Shown piece by piece: positions 62,313 to 64,000 of a DNA stretch of 64,000 bases; the first letter of the stretch is position 1, and each line of letters begins with the position of its first letter. A model generated the notes under the pieces. The model was given only the letters and a program-made list of their open reading frames with translations. It had not been told where the DNA came from and did not search any database. The DNA lies in the NCBI RefSeq assembly GCF_009914755.1, contig NC_060934.1. The stretch is one strand, 5' to 3'. The position numbers were made by a program, and so were the translations under genes. The stretch is from the human T2T-CHM13v2.0 reference genome, Homo sapiens.

Positions 62313-63752
62313 GAAGTGAATGCCTCTAGGGCACCCAGACTCACCTTGTCCCTAACAGCAGTCTACCTCTTCTGGTACATTCTCGAGCTCTGCAAAGTTT
62401 CAGATGTTGAAACTTGTTGGGGGAAGGTTCTTGAAAAATGATGAGAGGACAGAAGTTGGTGTCAGGAGGAATATCTTGGGCTCTTGGCTTACCTAAGCAT
62501 GGATCATTGAGACAACACGGTCATCAAAATGTAGTTTCTCCCAGTCGTTTCCGTTTCTTTTCACTCTTGGAATTGCTTTTTTATTTCTCCTGAGCACCTT
62601 TTCTTTCTTACCTAGATTGTCAGTTTGCCTTGGAAATGAAACATTATCCAAGCACAATATTGCCTGCTATGACTATAGGTAATGGAAGAGACAAGCACAT
62701 AGGCCTTTTACGGCTGCAGTGGTTGTTTGATTAGTTTTTTTAAAAGAAGGTTTCAGTGGATCAGTTATTGCGCATAAATTGTCGTGCCTTTTGGAAAATG
62801 AATCTTATCTTTGTGTGTTTGTGTATGAGTGTGTGTTACCGTAGGGCTTGTCTTTTGTTATATCTGTGAAAGCTTTAAGGGTTGTTTATTTAAGTTGCTT
62901 TTTGATTTTAGCATTTCAAATCTGTCTCATCTTGTTTTTGAAAAATGTTTCTTTCTTTTTTTTCAGTAGTGTTAATAAATCCCTTGAAATTTATTTCCAA
63001 GATGGCTTAATGATTTGAGATGATTTGGAGAACACTAGTTGAGTTGTTTGTATTCTGGCTTGTACACTTCCATTATTTTGTTGAACTCAGGGCAGCATAA
63101 AATATCAGAGCTGAAAGGTGCCAGAGAGGTTGCCCCCACAGGGCTTCTTGACCCTTGCCAACCTAGTCCCATTTTGAAAAATGTTTAAAAATGTTAAATG
63201 CAATCTGAAATGCAAAGCTAATAAAAAGGATACAGCATCACTAAAACCAAAGCAAAGTAATGAAATATAGTCTTGATTTCTTGCCTGCTTTTTCATAAAT
63301 CACAAGTGGCTTTGAGGTTCTGATCATTCCGAAGGCATGCTCCCACCCACTGTTGAAATGGGTGACTAGATTCATCCCCTAATTTTACACATAAAAACAT
63401 CAAGGTCCAGGGATTCAGGCGGTGTTCGTATCCCAGTATATTAGGAGCAGAACTTGGTCAAAAACCCACACATCCCGTTGGCAGGCCAGCGTTTTGCCCA
63501 CAACACTCTCGGTCATTTAAGGATACTGTCTCATGCAAAGGAGACATTTTATTCAGGGTCATCTTCCTGTATCCGAGGACGCTGGTATTCAGGAAGGGTT
63601 TTTTTAAACTTTACATCATCACAGCAGAACAGAGGCAGAGGCCTGGACAGAACCCAGGTGTGGCTGGTCCGTGGATCGTGTTTTTTTAAATTTCCTTTAC
63701 TTGGTTCCAGACATTTGCTCTGCTGTGACATGGAAACATTTCCTGGCTATAG

Positions 63753-64000
<248 letters not shown>

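Overview
Primate (most likely human) genomic DNA. The window is almost entirely one long intron of CAMK1D (calcium/calmodulin-dependent protein kinase ID, + strand). It ends inside the next coding exon (63896-64000, [34 protein letters not shown]; from recalled gene structure this is exon 4, so the intron is intron 3). The intron is dominated by interspersed repeats: about 46 Alu copies or fragments, L1, L2, MIR, MaLR/ERVL solo LTRs and DNA transposon fossils. One known small-RNA locus is recognisable, MIR548Q, a MADE1 mariner-MITE hairpin on the - strand (28255-28354). The most notable structures are: an apparently full-length Hsmar2 mariner inside a nested transposon stack; a MADE1 whose palindrome looks extended by a template switch; three Alus with templated-insertion repair scars; a collapsed inverted Alu pair; a twin-primed 5'-inverted L1; an L1 inserted into an Alu with both TSD pairs intact; and candidate CTCF and enhancer motifs. 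I found no support for a novel protein-coding system, and the long ORFs in the track are repeat-derived or unsupported. Repeat subfamily names come from recalled consensus sequences and boundaries are approximate (about +/-10 bp, more for old elements).
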